A stretch of DNA of 64,000 nucleotides from NCBI GenBank assembly GCA_002269645.1, contig NIVC01000754.1, positions 248,001-312,000 on the forward strand, in the 5' to 3' direction. The notes under the pieces are model-generated. The model did no database searches. It had not been told where the DNA came from and saw nothing but the letters and a program-made list of their open reading frames with translations. Positions 48,751 to 61,749 of the stretch are shown here, in pieces (within the stretch, counting starts at the first letter, position 1; the number at the start of each line of letters is the position of its first letter). The translations under genes were made by a program, and so were the position numbers. The stretch is from Macrostomum lignano (lineage: Eukaryota).

Positions 48751-51700
48751 TTCTTTCTTTCTTTCTTTCTGTCTGTATGTCTGTCTGTCTTATGTATGTC
48801 TGTAAGACACGCCAGTTTATTTTATTCATAGTCAAACCCTGTTCGCAATGCAAATTTTTATGAACCCGTGCTGTATAAAATTGAACAGAGAAATTAAAGT
48901 GCAAATTTCTTAGAGACATTTTATCCCTGCTTTTCTGCTTGCCTTCATGCGCTTGGTGTCAGTGCTTCTGAGCCAGAGTGAATTTATGGCCACTCATGCT
49001 CTTCATTGTTATTGCCGTCCATAAATTCACGCACAGGCATTTTGCTTACCCCATCCGATGGCCATGTAGTTCGGGGTGCTCAGCTTTGAGGTGGACATTG
49101 TGTTGACAAAAATTAGCATGTAGAGGTGCAGTGCTTCAATTGATACCCACGCCGAGCTGCCAAGGACGCTGTAGGTTACCAGGGCTTGGTTGAACCGGCA
49201 TACGGCGGACTGCAAAATTACCATGGGCGGGCCTAGATCTTTGTCGGGATAATCTTTTTGATGATTGTCGATTTAATCCCTTTGATGTTTGTCGGGATGG
49301 TTTCTTTGATGCTTGTGGGGATAATTCCTTTGATGTTTGTCGGGATAATTCATTTGATCTTTGTCGGGAAAATTCCTTTGATGCTTGTCGGTCTAATCCC
49401 TTTGATGCTTGTCGGGATAGTTCCTTTGATGCTTGTCGGGATAGTTCCTTTGATGCTTGTCGGGATAGTTCCTTTGATGCTTGTCGGGATAGTTCCTTTG
49501 ATGCTTGTCGGGATAGTTCCTTTGATGCTTGTCGGGATAGTTCCTTTGATGCTTTTCGGTCTAATCCCTTTGATGCTTGTCGGGATAGTTCCTTTAATGT
49601 TTATCGGGATAGTTCCTTTGATGCTTGTCGGGATAGTTCCTTTGATGTTTGTCGGGATAGTTCCTTTGATGCTTGTCGGGATAGTTCCTTTGATGCTTGT
49701 CGGGATAGTTCCTTTGATGCTTTTCGGTCTAATCCCTTTGATGCTTGTCGGGATAGTTCCTTTAATGTTTATCGGGATAGTTCCTTTGATGCTTGTCGGG
49801 ATAGTTCCTTTGATGTTTGTCGGGATAGTTCCTTTGATGCTTGTCGGGATAGTTCCTTTGATGCTTGTCGGATAGTTCCTTTGATGCTTTTCGGTCTAAT
49901 CCCTTTGATGCTTGTCGGGATAGTTCCTTTGATGCTTGTCGGGATAGTTCCTTTGATGCTTGTCGGGATAGTTCCTTTGATGCTTGTCGGTCTAATCCCT
50001 TTGATGTTTGTCGGGATAGTTCCTTTGATGCTTTTCGGTCTAATCCCTTTGATGCTTGTCGGGATAGTTCCTTTGATGTTTGTCGGGATAGTTCCTTTGA
50101 TGCTTGTCGGGATAGTTCCTTTGATGTTTGTCGGGATAGTTCCTTTGATGCTTGTCGGGATAGTTCCTTTGATGCTTGTCGGGATAGTTCCTTTGATGCT
50201 TTTTGGTCTAATCCCTTTGATGATTGTTGGGATTATCATTTTGATCTTTGTCGGTCTAATCCCTTTGATGATTGTTAGGATTATCATTTTGATCTTTGTC
50301 GCGATTATCCCTTTGATAATTGTCGCGATTATTCATTTGATGATTGTCGGGGTTTTCCCTTTGATCTTTCTCGGGATTAGTCCTTTAATCTTTGTCAGTC
50401 TAACCCCTTTGATTTTGGCCGGTATAATAAAAGTACATCTAACCTTTCTAGGGCACCATCGATGTTTGTAGTATGTATTGATTATTTGACACGACATTAA
50501 GTCTCACCGCATTGTCGTCCAGCACAAAATATGCCACAAAGTGGCTGATGCCTCTAATCAGAAAAGCCACAAAAAGGTTGATATGAATCGAATTCCTCTG
50601 GCAGTGCAGCCTCCTGGATAATTTTTTAGGATTAAAAAAAATTAATTTCCTGTTCAGTGCTGATTAATACCCGATAAAAATGTCACCTGATTGCTGCCAG
50701 GATCAAGATTGCCAAGAGGAGTCCTGTCATGGAGACACCATAGCCAACGTGACCCATCGTGTGGATGGCTCGCACCACCGCCTCGAATGGAATCTGGGTG
50801 GCAACCGGGATCCGTGACGTCACGGGAATGTTTGGTAAATACTTGTCTAGTCGTCTGTGCATTCACTACCAAGGTCCATCTATCCACCTCTGAAGTCCAT
50901 CTATCCACCTCTGAGGTCCATCTATCCACCTCTGAGGTCCATCTGTCCACAACCTGCAGTCTATCTGTCCACAACCTGCAGTCTATCTGTCCGCAACCTA
51001 CAGACTATCTGTGCACTACCCCAGTCTATCTGTCCACAACCTGCAGTCTATCTGTGCACAACCTGCAGTCTATCTGTGCACAACCTGCAGTCTATCTGTC
51101 CACAACCTGCAGTCTATCTGTGCACAACCTGCAGTCTATCTGTGCACAACCTGCAGTCTATCTGTGCACAACCTGCAGTCTATCTATCCAAAATCTGCAG
51201 TCTATCTATCCACAACCTCCAGTCTATCTGTGCACAACCTGCAGTCTATCTGTCCACAACCTGCAGTCTATCTGTCCACAACCTGCAGTCTATCTGTCCA
51301 CAACCTGCAGTCTATCTGTGCACAACCTGCAGTCTATCTATCCACAACCTGCAGTCTATCTGTGCACAACCCCAGTCTATCTGTCCACAACCCCAGTCTA
51401 TCTATCCACAATCCCAGTCTATCTGTCCACAACCCCAGTCTATCTGTGCACAACCTCCAGTCTATCTGTCCACAACCTGCAGTCTATCTGTCCACAACCT
51501 GCAGTCTATCTATCCACAACCTGCAGTCTATCCGTCCACAACCTGCAGTCTATCTGTCTACAATCTGCAGTCTATCTGTCCACAACCTGCAGTCTATCTG
51601 TCCACAACCTGCAGTCTATCTGTCCGCAACCTGCAGTCTATCTGTGCACTACCCCAGTCTATCTGTCCACAACCCCAGTCTATCTGTCCACAACCTGCAG

Positions 51701-54700
51701 TCTATCTGTCCACAACGTGCAGTCTATCTATCCGCAACCTGCAGTCTATGTGTCCACAACCTGCAATCTATGTGTCCACAACCTTCAATCTATCTGTCCA
51801 CAACCCCAGTATATCTGTCCACAACCTGCAGTCTATCTGTCCACAACCTGCAGTCTATCTGTCCGCAACCTACAGTCTATCTGTGCACTACCCCAGTCTA
51901 TCTGTCCACAACCTGCAGTCTATCTGTGCACAACCTGCAGTCTATCTGTGCACAACCTGCAGTCTATCTGTCCACAACCTGCAGTCTATCTGTGCACAAC
52001 CTGCAGTCTATCTGTGCACAACCTGCAGTCTATCTGTGCACAACCTGCAGTCTATCTATCCAAAATCTGCAGTCTATCTATCCACAACCTCCAGTCTATC
52101 TGTGCACAACCTGCAGTCTATCTGTCCACAACCTGCAGTCTATCTGTCCACAACCTGCAGTCTATCTGTCCACAACCTGCAGTCTATCTGTGCACAACCT
52201 GCAGTCTATCTATCCACAACCTGCAGTCTATCTGTGCACAACCCCAGTCTATCTGTCCACAACCCCAGTCTATCTATCCACAATCCCAGTCTATCTGTCC
52301 ACAACCCCAGTCTATCTGTGCACAACCTCCAGTCTATCTGTCCACAACCTGCAGTCTATCTGTCCACAACCTGCAGTCTATCTATCCACAACCTGCAGTC
52401 TATCCGTCCACAACCTGCAGTCTATCTGTCTACAATCTGCAGTCTATCTGTCCACAACCTGCAGTCTATCTGTCCACAACCTGCAGTCTATCTGTCCGCA
52501 ACCTGCAGTCTATCTGTGCACTACCCCAGTCTATCTGTCCACAACCCCAGTCTATCTGTCCACAACCTGCAGTCTATCTGTCCACAACGTGCAGTCTATC
52601 TATCCGCAACCTGCAGTCTATGTGTCCACAACCTGCAATCTATGTGTCCACAACCTTCAATCTATCTGTCCACAACCCCAGTATATCTGTCCACAACCTG
52701 CAGTCTATCTGTCCAAAACCTGCAGTCTATCTGTCCACAACCTGCAGTCTATCTGTCCACAACCTGCAGTCTATCTGTTCACAACCTGCAGTCTATCTGT
52801 CCACAACCTGCAGTCTATCTGTGCACAACCTGCAGTCTATCTGTGCACAACCTGCAGTCTATCTATCCACAACCTGCAGTCTATCTATCCACAACCTACA
52901 GTCTATCTGTCCGCAACCTACAGTCTATCTGTCCGCAACCTACAGTCTATCTGTCCGCAACCTACAGTCTATCTGTGCACAACCTGCAGTCTATCTGTCC
53001 ACAACCTGCAGTCTATCTGTCCACAACCTGCAGTCTATCTGTCCACAACCTGCAGTCTATCTGTGCACAACCTGCAGTCTATCTATCCACAGCCTGCAGT
53101 CTATCTATCCACAACCTACAGTCTATCTATCCACAACCTCCAGTCTATCTGTGCACAACCTGCAGTCTATCTATCCACAACCTGCAGTCTATCTGTGCAC
53201 AACCTGCAGTCTATCTGTCCACAACCTGCAGTCTATCTGTCCACAACCTGCAGTCTATCTGTCCACAACCTGCAGTCTATCTGTCCACAACCTGCAGTCT
53301 ATCTGTGCACAACCCCAGTCCATCTGTCCGCCCAGTTCCTCTCCTCACGGTGTCCTTGGCTGCATAGCAGTCGGAGAAGTTGGTCCAGCCCTCAGCCCTG
53401 GCCCTGTCATTCCTGGCCACCACCGACTCGGGCCAAAGCCAGGTGCCATTGTCCAGACAGGTGCGCCAGGCCAATTTGCCTCGTGCCAAATCGTTCACAT
53501 GGCTGGGGCAGGACACGAACACTCGGCTGCCGGCTGGTGTTCCCGGCCAGCACATCGCGCTGTCAAAGGCTGGCGGGCAGCGTCTGCTGCTTCCGGTGTA
53601 GCTGGATTCGTAGGCCTTGTGCAGCTGCTGGCAGATGAAGCGTTCAACGCCCACGCGCCGGTTTTGCTCAACTTCTGAGACGTGCGTTTTCAACTTCTGG
53701 AATTTGAGATGAGATGGGATTTTAGGATGGAATCTAGCAAGGATAGGATTTATAAGGATCTTATATGAATGAGATCTAGGATGGGATCTAGAAGGATGGG
53801 AGCTGAGAAGGATGGGATCTAGAAGGATGGGATCTAGAAGTATGGGAGCTGAGAAGGATGGGATCTAGAAGGATGGGATCTAGAAGGATGGGCTCTAGAA
53901 GAATGGGATCTAGAAGGATGGGGTCTGAGAAGGATGGGATCTGAGAAGGATGGGATCTAGAAGGATGAGATCTGAAAAGGATGGGGTCTAGAAGGATGGG
54001 TCTAGAAGGATGGGAGCTGAGAAGGATGGGATCTAGAAGGATTGGATCTTGACAGATGGGATCTAGAAGGATTGGATCTTGACAGATGGGATCTAGAAGG
54101 ATTGGATCTTGACAGATGGGATCTAGCAAGGATGGGATTTCTAAGGATCCTACATGTATGAGATCTAGAAGGATAGGATCTTGAAGGATGGGATCAAAAT
54201 AGGATGGGATCTACAAGGATGGGATCTAATAAGGATGGGATCTAGAAGAATGGGATCTAGAATGATGGGATCTAGAAGAATGGGATCTTGACAGATGGGA
54301 TCTAGAAGGATGGGATCTAGAAGGATGGGAGCTGAGAAGGATGGGATCTAGAAGGATGAGATCAAAATAGGATGGGATCTAGAAGGATGAAATCTAAATA
54401 GGATGGGATCTAGAAGGATGGGATCTAGAAGGATGGGATCTAGAAGGATGGGATCTAGAAGGATGGGATCTAGAAGGATGGGATCTAGAAGGATGGGATC
54501 TAGAAGGATGGGATCTGAGAAGGATGGGATCTAGAAGGATGAGATCTAAATAGGATGGGATCTAGAAGGATGGGATCTAAATAGGATGGGATCTAGAAGG
54601 ATGGGATCTAGAAGGATGGGATCTAGAAGGATGGGATCTTGACAGATGGGATCTAGAAGGATGGGATCAAAATAGGATGGGATCTAGAAGGATGGATCTA

Positions 54701-57700
54701 AATAGGATGGGATCTAGAAGGATGGGATCTGAGAAGGATGGGATCTAGAAGGATGGGATCTAGAAGGATGGGATCTAGATGGATGGGATCTACAGGCGTG
54801 GTAGACCTAGACGGATGAGTGGTCTTGAACTATTTGAGCATGCAACTCATGCCTGAACGCGAAACCCTCATTGAAAGCAAAAAAAAAAACAGAAAATAGC
54901 TGCTTTTGAGGCGTTGTTTTTCCCCTATAATTCCTAGACGAAGTGAAATGAAGTCGAACGAAAGCGACTGTAAAAGAAGTTCCCTAATTTTTCCCTTCTC
55001 TCTTTTGTCGGGCTCTTGAGAAGTTCTCAAACTGAGGCGCCAACTCCCCAAACCCCTGCCAGAGACTCTCTAAGTCGCCTTAAAAGCCGCCATTTGCATT
55101 TTTCTGCCTAACTTGCCGGTCAACCGACACGAGAAAAGCCGATCCATATGAAGCATCTGGACGAGAGTCCGCGGCTACGATCATGGACTGCGAGAGGTCT
55201 GGATTGGACACCAGAGGCATTGGACCGAGCTTGCTTTTTAGTATTTTTATTGCTACCCTTCTACACAATCTTTTCCCTCGGATCCTATCTTGTTTATCCT
55301 CCTCTCACTCTCTACCCTCCTCTCCCTCTCTACCCTCCTCTCCCTCTCTACCCTCCTCTCCCTCTCTACCCTCCTCTCCCTCTCTACCCTCCTCCCCCTC
55401 TCTACCCTCCTCTCCCTCTCTACCCTCCTCTCCCTCTCTACCCTCCTCTCCCTCTCTACCCTCCTCTCCCTCTCTACCCTCCTCTCCCTCTCTACCCTCC
55501 TCTCCCTCTCTACCCTCCTCTCCCTCTCTACCCTCCTCTCCCTCTCTACCCTCCTCTCCCTCTCTACCCTCCTCTCCCTCTCTACCCTCCTCTCCCTTTC
55601 TACCCTCCTCTCCCTTTCTACCCTCCGCACTCTCTCTACCCTCCTCTCCCTCTCTACCCTCCTCTCCCTCTCTACCCTCCTCTCCCTCTCTACCCTCCTC
55701 TCCCTCTCTACCCTCCTCTCCCTCTCTACCCTCCTCTCCCTCTCTACCCTCCTCTCCCTCTCTACCCTCCTCTCCCTCTCTACCCTCCTCTCCCTCTCTA
55801 CCCTCCTCTCCCTTTCTACCATCCGCACTCTCTCTACCCTCCTCTCCCTCTCTACCCTCCTCTCCCTCTCTACCCTCCTCTCCCTCTCTACCCTCCTCTC
55901 CCTCTCTACCCTCCTCTCCCTCTCTACCCTCCTCTCCCTCTCTACCCTCCTCTCCCTCTCTACCCTCCTCTCCCTCTCTACCCTCCTCTCCCTCTCTACC
56001 CTCCTCTCCCTCTCTACCCTCCTCTCCCTCTCTACCCTCCTCTCCCTCTCTACCCTCCTCTCCCTCTCTACCCTCCTCTCCCTCTCTACCCTCCTCTCCC
56101 TCTCTACCCTCCTCTCCCTCTCTACCCCCCTCTCCCTTTCTACCCTCCTCTCCCTCTCTACCCTCCTCTCCTTCTCTACCCTCCTCTCCTCCTCCACCCT
56201 CCTCTCCCTCTCTACCCTCCTCTCCCTCTCTACCCTCCGCACTCTCTTCACTGTCCTTTGGTTCCCAGCAAGATTGATTTCGTGGAATCCAAAACCACTC
56301 TCTTGTCAGCCAACGGGCATTGAGTGATCCAGTTCGTTTAAAGTGAGGAGTGAGTTCACATTTTAAGAAAATTTTCGAACAGCTAGCAAAGTAAGAAAAA
56401 TTCAAACTAAAGCAACCGATAGGACTTTCTTTTTTGTGGCAGAGACTAGTGTACTTTTCTTTTCTAAAAGCATTTTTTCAAGTTATTGATCCGTCTCATG
56501 CATGTAGCTTAATCTCTCAATTGCACCATTTTTTCATTCTCTTTTGCACACAGTGAGCGGCAGTTTGAAAGTTTGTGAAGTTTGTGATGTGTAAAGTTTT
56601 TGATGTGCACAGTTTGGGATGTGTAATGTTTGCGATGCGTATAGTTTGTGATGTATATAGTTTGTGATGTGTAAATTTTGTGATGTGTAAAGTTTTTGAT
56701 GTGTATAATGTGATTTGTCAAGTTTTTGATGTGTATATTTTGTGATGTGTAAATTTTGTGATGTCTAAAGTTTTTGATGTGTATAATGTGATGTGTAAAG
56801 TTTTTGATGTGTATAGTTTGTGATGTGTATAGTTTGTGATGTGTAAAGTTTGTGATGTGTATAGTTTGTGATGTGTATAGTTTGTGATGTGTAAAGTTTG
56901 TGATGTGTATAGTTTGTGATGTTTAAAGTTTGTGATGTGTAAAGTTTTTGATGTGTATATTTTGTTATGTGTAAATTTTGTGATCTGTATAGTTTGTGAT
57001 GTGTAAATTTTGTGATGTGTAAAGTTTGTGACAACCCGGTCCCTCAAGATAATCTGCTAAGACTAAATAAAAACTCTATGTTTAATTGTTTCATGTGAAC
57101 TAGTCTGGCTTAACCGGTTTCACATAATTCAATTAATTTGCACAATTTCTTTGCTGTTTACCAGCCTTGAACGATAATTTTTCACCTGCAGAAAATCTCA
57201 TTTTTTGTACTTAGCCTACAGGAATTTCTCTTTTAATCCTGTTTAAATCTCGCACTCACGCACTGCTAATGCGGAGAGTGTTTTGTGTCTTGCAATTGCG
57301 TCAGACTTTTCAGGGGATTTTCCAATTATAAAGGCACATAATTGTTAGCTAATGATGCAAGAATTGCTTTAGGGCGAGCTTGACCTGTTTACGAGAGCTT
57401 TTGAGAGAGAACTGCAGGAAATTTCTGGAAACTTCTAAAAGCATGATTAATTAGAGTCAGATTTCTGTGAAAGGGTTTAAAAGAGAGGTTCTTGAGAAAC
57501 CTGGCTTGGATTAGGAATTATTTAAGGGTGATAATGGCCATTCTATTTTGAATTTTGGGGGAGATTCAGACACAGGTGAGGGAGATTCAGACACAGGTGA
57601 GGGAGATTCAGACACAGGTGAGGGAGATTCAGACACAAGTGAGGGAGATTCAGACACAGGTGAGGGAGATTCAGACACAGGTGAGGGAGATTCAGACACA

Positions 57701-60700
57701 GGTGAAGGAGATCCAGACACAGATTAGGGAGATTCAGACACATGTGAGGGAGATTCAGACACAGGTGAGGGAGATTCAGACACAGGTGAGGGAGATTCAG
57801 ACACAAGTGAGGGAGATTCAGACACAGGTGAGGGAGATTCAGACACAGGTGAGGGAGATTCAGACACAGGTGAAGGAGATCCAGACACAGGTGAAGGAGA
57901 TCCAGACACAGGTTAGGGAGATTCAGACACAGGTTAGGGAGATTCAGACACAAGTGAGGGAGATTCAGACACAGGTGAGGGAGATTCAGACACAGGTGAA
58001 GGAGATCCAGACACAGGTGAAGGAGATTCAGACACAGGTGAGGGAGATTCAGACACAGGTGAAGGAGATCCAGACACAGGTTAGGGAGATTCAGACACAT
58101 GTGAGGGAGATTCAGACACAGGTAAGGTAGATTCAGACACAGGTGAGGGAGATTCAGACACAGGTGAAGGAGATCCAGACACAGGTTAGGGAGATTCAGA
58201 CACATGTGAGGGAGATTCAGACACAGGTAAGGTAGATTCAGACACAAGTGAGGGAGATTCAGACACATGTGAGGGAGATTCAGACACAGGTGAGGGAGAT
58301 TCAGACACGGGTGAGGGAGATTCAGACACAGGTTAGGGAGATTCAGACACAGGTTAGGGAGATTCAGACACAGGTTAGGGAGATTCAGACACAGGTGAAG
58401 GAGATCCAGACACAGGTGAAGGAGATCCAGACACAGGTGAAGGAGATCCAGACACAGGTGAAGGAGATTCAGACACAGGTAAGGTAGATTCAGACACAAG
58501 TGAGGGAGATTCAGACACAGGTGAGGGAGATTCAGACACAGGTGAGGGAGATTCAGACACAGGTTAGGGAGATTCAGACACAGGTTAGGGAGATTCAGAC
58601 ACAGGTGAGGGAGATTCAGACACAGGTGAGGGAGATTCAGACACAGGTGAAGGAGATCCAGACACAGGTGAAGGAGATCCAGACACAGGTGAAGGAGATC
58701 CAGACACAGGTGAAGGAGATTCAGACACAGGTAAGGTAGATTCAGACACAAGTGAGGGAGATTCAGACACAGGTGAGGGAGATTCAGACACAGGTTAGGG
58801 AGATTCAGACACAGGTTAGGGAGATTCAGACACAGGTTAGGGAGATTCAGACACAGGTGAAGGAGATCCAGACACAGGTGAAGGAGATCCAGACACAGGT
58901 GAAGGAGATCCAGACACAGGTGAAGGAGATTCAGACACAGGTAAGGTAGATTCAGACACAAGTGAGGGAGATTCAGACACAGGTGAGGGAGATTCAGACA
59001 CAGGTTAGGGAGATTCAGACACAGGTTAGGGAGATTCAGACACAGGTTAGGGAGATTCAGACACAGGTGAGGGAGATTCAGACACAGGTGAGGGAGATTC
59101 AGACACAGGTGAAGGAGATCCAGACACAGGTGAGGGAGATTCAGACACAGGTGAGGGAGATTCAGACACAAGTGAGGGAGATTCAGACACAGGTGAGGGA
59201 GATTCAGACACAGGTGAGGGAGATTCAGACACAGGTGAAGGAGATCCAGACACAGGTTAGGGAGATTCAGACACATGTGAGGGAGATTCAGACACAGGTG
59301 AGGGAGATTCAGACACAGGTGAGGGAGATTCAGACACAAGTGAGGGAGATTCAGACACAGGTGAGGGAGATTCAGACACAGGTGAGGGAGATTCAGACAC
59401 AGGTGAAGGAGATCCAGACACAGGTGAAGGAGATCCAGACACAGGTTAGGGAGATTCAGACACAGGTTAGGGAGATTCAGACACAAGTGAGGGAGATTCA
59501 GACACAGGTGAGGGAGATTCAGACACAGGTGAAGGAGATCCAGACACAGGTGAAGGAGATTCAGACACAGGTGAGGGAGATTCAGACACAGGTGAAGGAG
59601 ATCCAGACACAGGTTAGGGAGATTCAGACACATGTGAGGGAGATTCAGACACAGGTAAGGTAGATTCAGACACAAGTGAGGGAGATTCAGACACATGTGA
59701 GGGAGATTCAGACACAGGTGAGGGAGATTCAGACACTGGTGAGGGAGATTCAGACACAGGTTAGGGAGATTCAGACACAGGTTAGGGAGATTCAGACACA
59801 GGTTAGGGAGATTCAGACACAGGTGAAGGAGATCCAGACACAGGTGAAGGAGATCCAGACACAGGTGAAGGAGATCCAGACACAGGTGAAGGAGATTCAG
59901 ACACAGGTAAGGTAGATTCAGACACAAGTGAGGGAGATTCAGACACAGGTGAGGGAGATTCAGACACAGGTGAGGGAGATTCATAAACGGGTGAGGGAGA
60001 TTCAGACACAGGTTAGGGAGATTCAGACACAGGTTAGGGAGATTCAGACACAGGTTAGGGAGATTCAGACACAGGTGAGGGAGATTCAGACACAGGTGAG
60101 GGAGATTCAGACACAGGTGAAGGAGATCCAGACACAGGTGAGGGAGATTCAGACACAGGTGAGGGAGATTCAGACACAGGTGAGGGAGATTCAGACACAG
60201 GTGAAGGAGATCCAGACACAGGTTAGGGAGATTCAGACACAGGTTAGGGAGATTCAGACACAGGTGAAGGAGATTCAGACACAGGTTAGGGAGATTCAGA
60301 CACAGGTGAGGGAGATTCAGACACAGGTGAGGGAGATTCAGACACAGGTTAGGGAGATTCAGACACAGGTGAGGGAGATTCAGACACAGGTGAGGGAGAT
60401 TCAGACACAGGTGAGGGAGATTCAGACACAGGTGAGGGAGATCCAGACACAGGTGAGGGAGATTCAGACACAGGTGAGGGAGATTCAGACACAGGTGAGG
60501 GAGATCCAAACACAGGTTAGGGAGATCGAGCCTCACCCTCTGCGCCATGGCCTCATACAAGTTGCCAGGCGGACAGTCGCTGTAATTGCTGTAGGAGCTG
60601 TCAGTCACGATGAGTCTCTGGTCGGTCAGATTTGACGCGTTCAACCTGCCCGGGAAATCCCAGGTCCCGTCCTGGCGGCATCGGCGAGTGGCGGAGCCGG

Positions 60701-60947
60701 ACTCGAACACCCCGACGGGGCAGGGCTGAGTCACCGTCAAGCCTGCATCTGTCTCCGGCCAGCAGATGAAGCCGTCAAAGGTGACCGGACACTGCGGAGG
60801 CGACCGTGGCATTGTTGAGTTTCTTGGCGGGGTCAGCAGCCGACCCAACAGTTTAATTCGAGCTTTCAGCGCCGCTTCCAGGCAGTCAGCTTCTCGCTGC
60901 TTCATCGCTGGGAACACAGACTCCAGCTGCATCATCTGCCAGTTGGC
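43700..60947 (-). CDS. Class B1 (secretin-like) GPCR with two tandem hormone-receptor ectodomains; first and last exons unresolved
   Basis: Exons: 60947-60537 (HormR 1), 53696-53349 (HormR 2), 50793-50687 (TM1, VGYGVS), 50613-50508 (RLHCQRNSIHINLF, TM2), 49209-49050 (TM3, W..IEALHL, IGWG), 46595-46462 (TM4, ECL2 CW), 44753-44662 (TM5), 44584-44434 (KST.VL..FGIYY, NSFQ), 43894-43700 (GFFVSLLLCFVNSE). All junctions are GT-AG and in phase. A terminal exon probably lies near 42300-42390. Confidence 0.9.
43950..44300. repeat. 16-bp degenerate minisatellite (cataatcccatcatgt)
   Basis: GPCR intron. Confidence 0.8.
44820..45415. repeat. 13-bp (ctgacaccctacc) then 12-bp (aaaaccctacct) minisatellites
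   Basis: GPCR intron. Confidence 0.88.
45975..46395. repeat. 15-bp minisatellite (tctagatcccatcct)
   Basis: GPCR intron; reverse complement of 53705-54795. Confidence 0.9.
46670..47490. repeat. 23-bp minisatellite (agattagcaatccattattgaat)
   Basis: GPCR intron. Confidence 0.9.
48076..48800. repeat. (CTGT)n microsatellite with ATGT interruptions
   Basis: GPCR intron. Confidence 0.95.
49240..50420. repeat. 24-bp minisatellite (atgcttgtcgggatagttcctttg)
   Basis: GPCR intron. Confidence 0.92.
50870..53330. repeat. 20-bp minisatellite (cacaacctgcagtctatctg) with an internal duplication of about 870 bp
   Basis: GPCR intron. Confidence 0.93.
53349..53696 (-). CDS. Hormone-receptor (HormR) domain exon 2 of the GPCR
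   Basis: C...CPPAFDSAMCWPGTPAG...VSCP...AWRTCLDNGTW...WTNFSDC; phase 0-0. Confidence 0.9.
53705..54795. repeat. 15-bp minisatellite (aggatgggatctaga)
   Basis: GPCR intron, adjacent to the HormR 2 acceptor. Confidence 0.92.
55295..56240. repeat. 18-bp pyrimidine minisatellite (ccctcctctccctctcta)
   Basis: GPCR intron. Confidence 0.93.
56570..57030. repeat. 16-bp minisatellite (gtttgtgatgtgtata)
   Basis: GPCR intron. Confidence 0.88.
57560..60525. repeat. 21-bp minisatellite (gggagattcagacacaggtga), about 140 copies, with higher-order structure
   Basis: GPCR intron, adjacent to the HormR 1 donor. Confidence 0.95.
60537..60947 (-). CDS. Hormone-receptor (HormR) domain exon 1 of the GPCR
   Basis: C...CPVTFDGFICWPETDAG...QPCP...ATRRCRQDGTW...YSNYSDC; phase 0-0. 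Confidence 0.9.
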
Positions 60948-61109
60948 CTGCGTGGGCGGATGAGGGGAGCTTTAAGGCCGGAGTCTGTGCCGCTTGGGAA
61001 TTGCCGGTCCGGCACGCTGAGGAATATTAAAATCTGATGATATTTGTTATGATGCCTGGCGGGGATGAAGAAGCCTGTCAGGCTTGCGATTCTCGGGAAT
61101 GTGGCGCCA

Positions 61110-61445
61110 CTTTGCAGTAGCTTTGGCGCCCCCTGCAGTAGCTTTGGCGCCCCTGCAGTAGCAATTTGGCGCCAACTTGCAGTAGCTTTGGCGCCCCCTT
61201 GCAGTAGCTTTGGCGCCCCCATTGTAGTAACGTTGGCGCCCCCTTGCAGTTGCTTTGGCGCCCCCATTGCAGTAGCTTTGGCGCCCCCATTGCAGTAGCT
61301 TTGGCGCCCCCTTGCAGTAGCTTTGGCGCCCCCCTGCAGTAGCTTTGGCGCCCCCCTGCAGTATCCTTGGCGCCCCCCTGCAGTAGCGATTTGGCGCCAA
61401 CTTGCAGTAGCTTTGGCGCCCCCTTGCAGTAGCTTTGGCGCTCCC
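61110..61445. repeat. About 22-bp minisatellite (gcagtagctttggcgccccctt)
   Basis: Direct inspection. Confidence 0.85.
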
Positions 61446-61749
61446 CTGTCTGTCCGCCTTTGTTATCACCGCATCAGCGCAGCTTGCACAACTATTCACG
61501 CTTCTAACAGCAATTTACTTGGCCCAGAACTTGGACAAACTAAAATTTTTTCTGCTGCTTGTCTCAAATTTTCTGTGAAGAAATTGTCTTTAACGAAAGA
61601 GCTGAGATTTTCTAGTCTAATTTGCGTGATTGGAATTTCAAGATTAATGATGAAGCTAAGAAAGGGATGCTGCTAGTATGGGCAGGAAGCAGGTAAAGGC
61701 AGGAAAATGTTAGTCGAAGCTAGGGGTAAGCAAACCCGGAAAACATGCA

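Noticed and set aside
50691-53678. 836-995-aa Cys-rich ORFs on the plus strand
   Set aside because: Antisense translations of a 20-bp intronic minisatellite of the GPCR gene.
57543-60536. 1130-aa ORF with about 990 aa of LNLPHLC heptads resembling a leucine-rich-repeat protein
   Set aside because: Only the first 137 codons are the HormR exon, which ends at a good AGG/gtgagg donor in phase with the next exon. The rest is a stop-free frame of a 21-bp intronic minisatellite.
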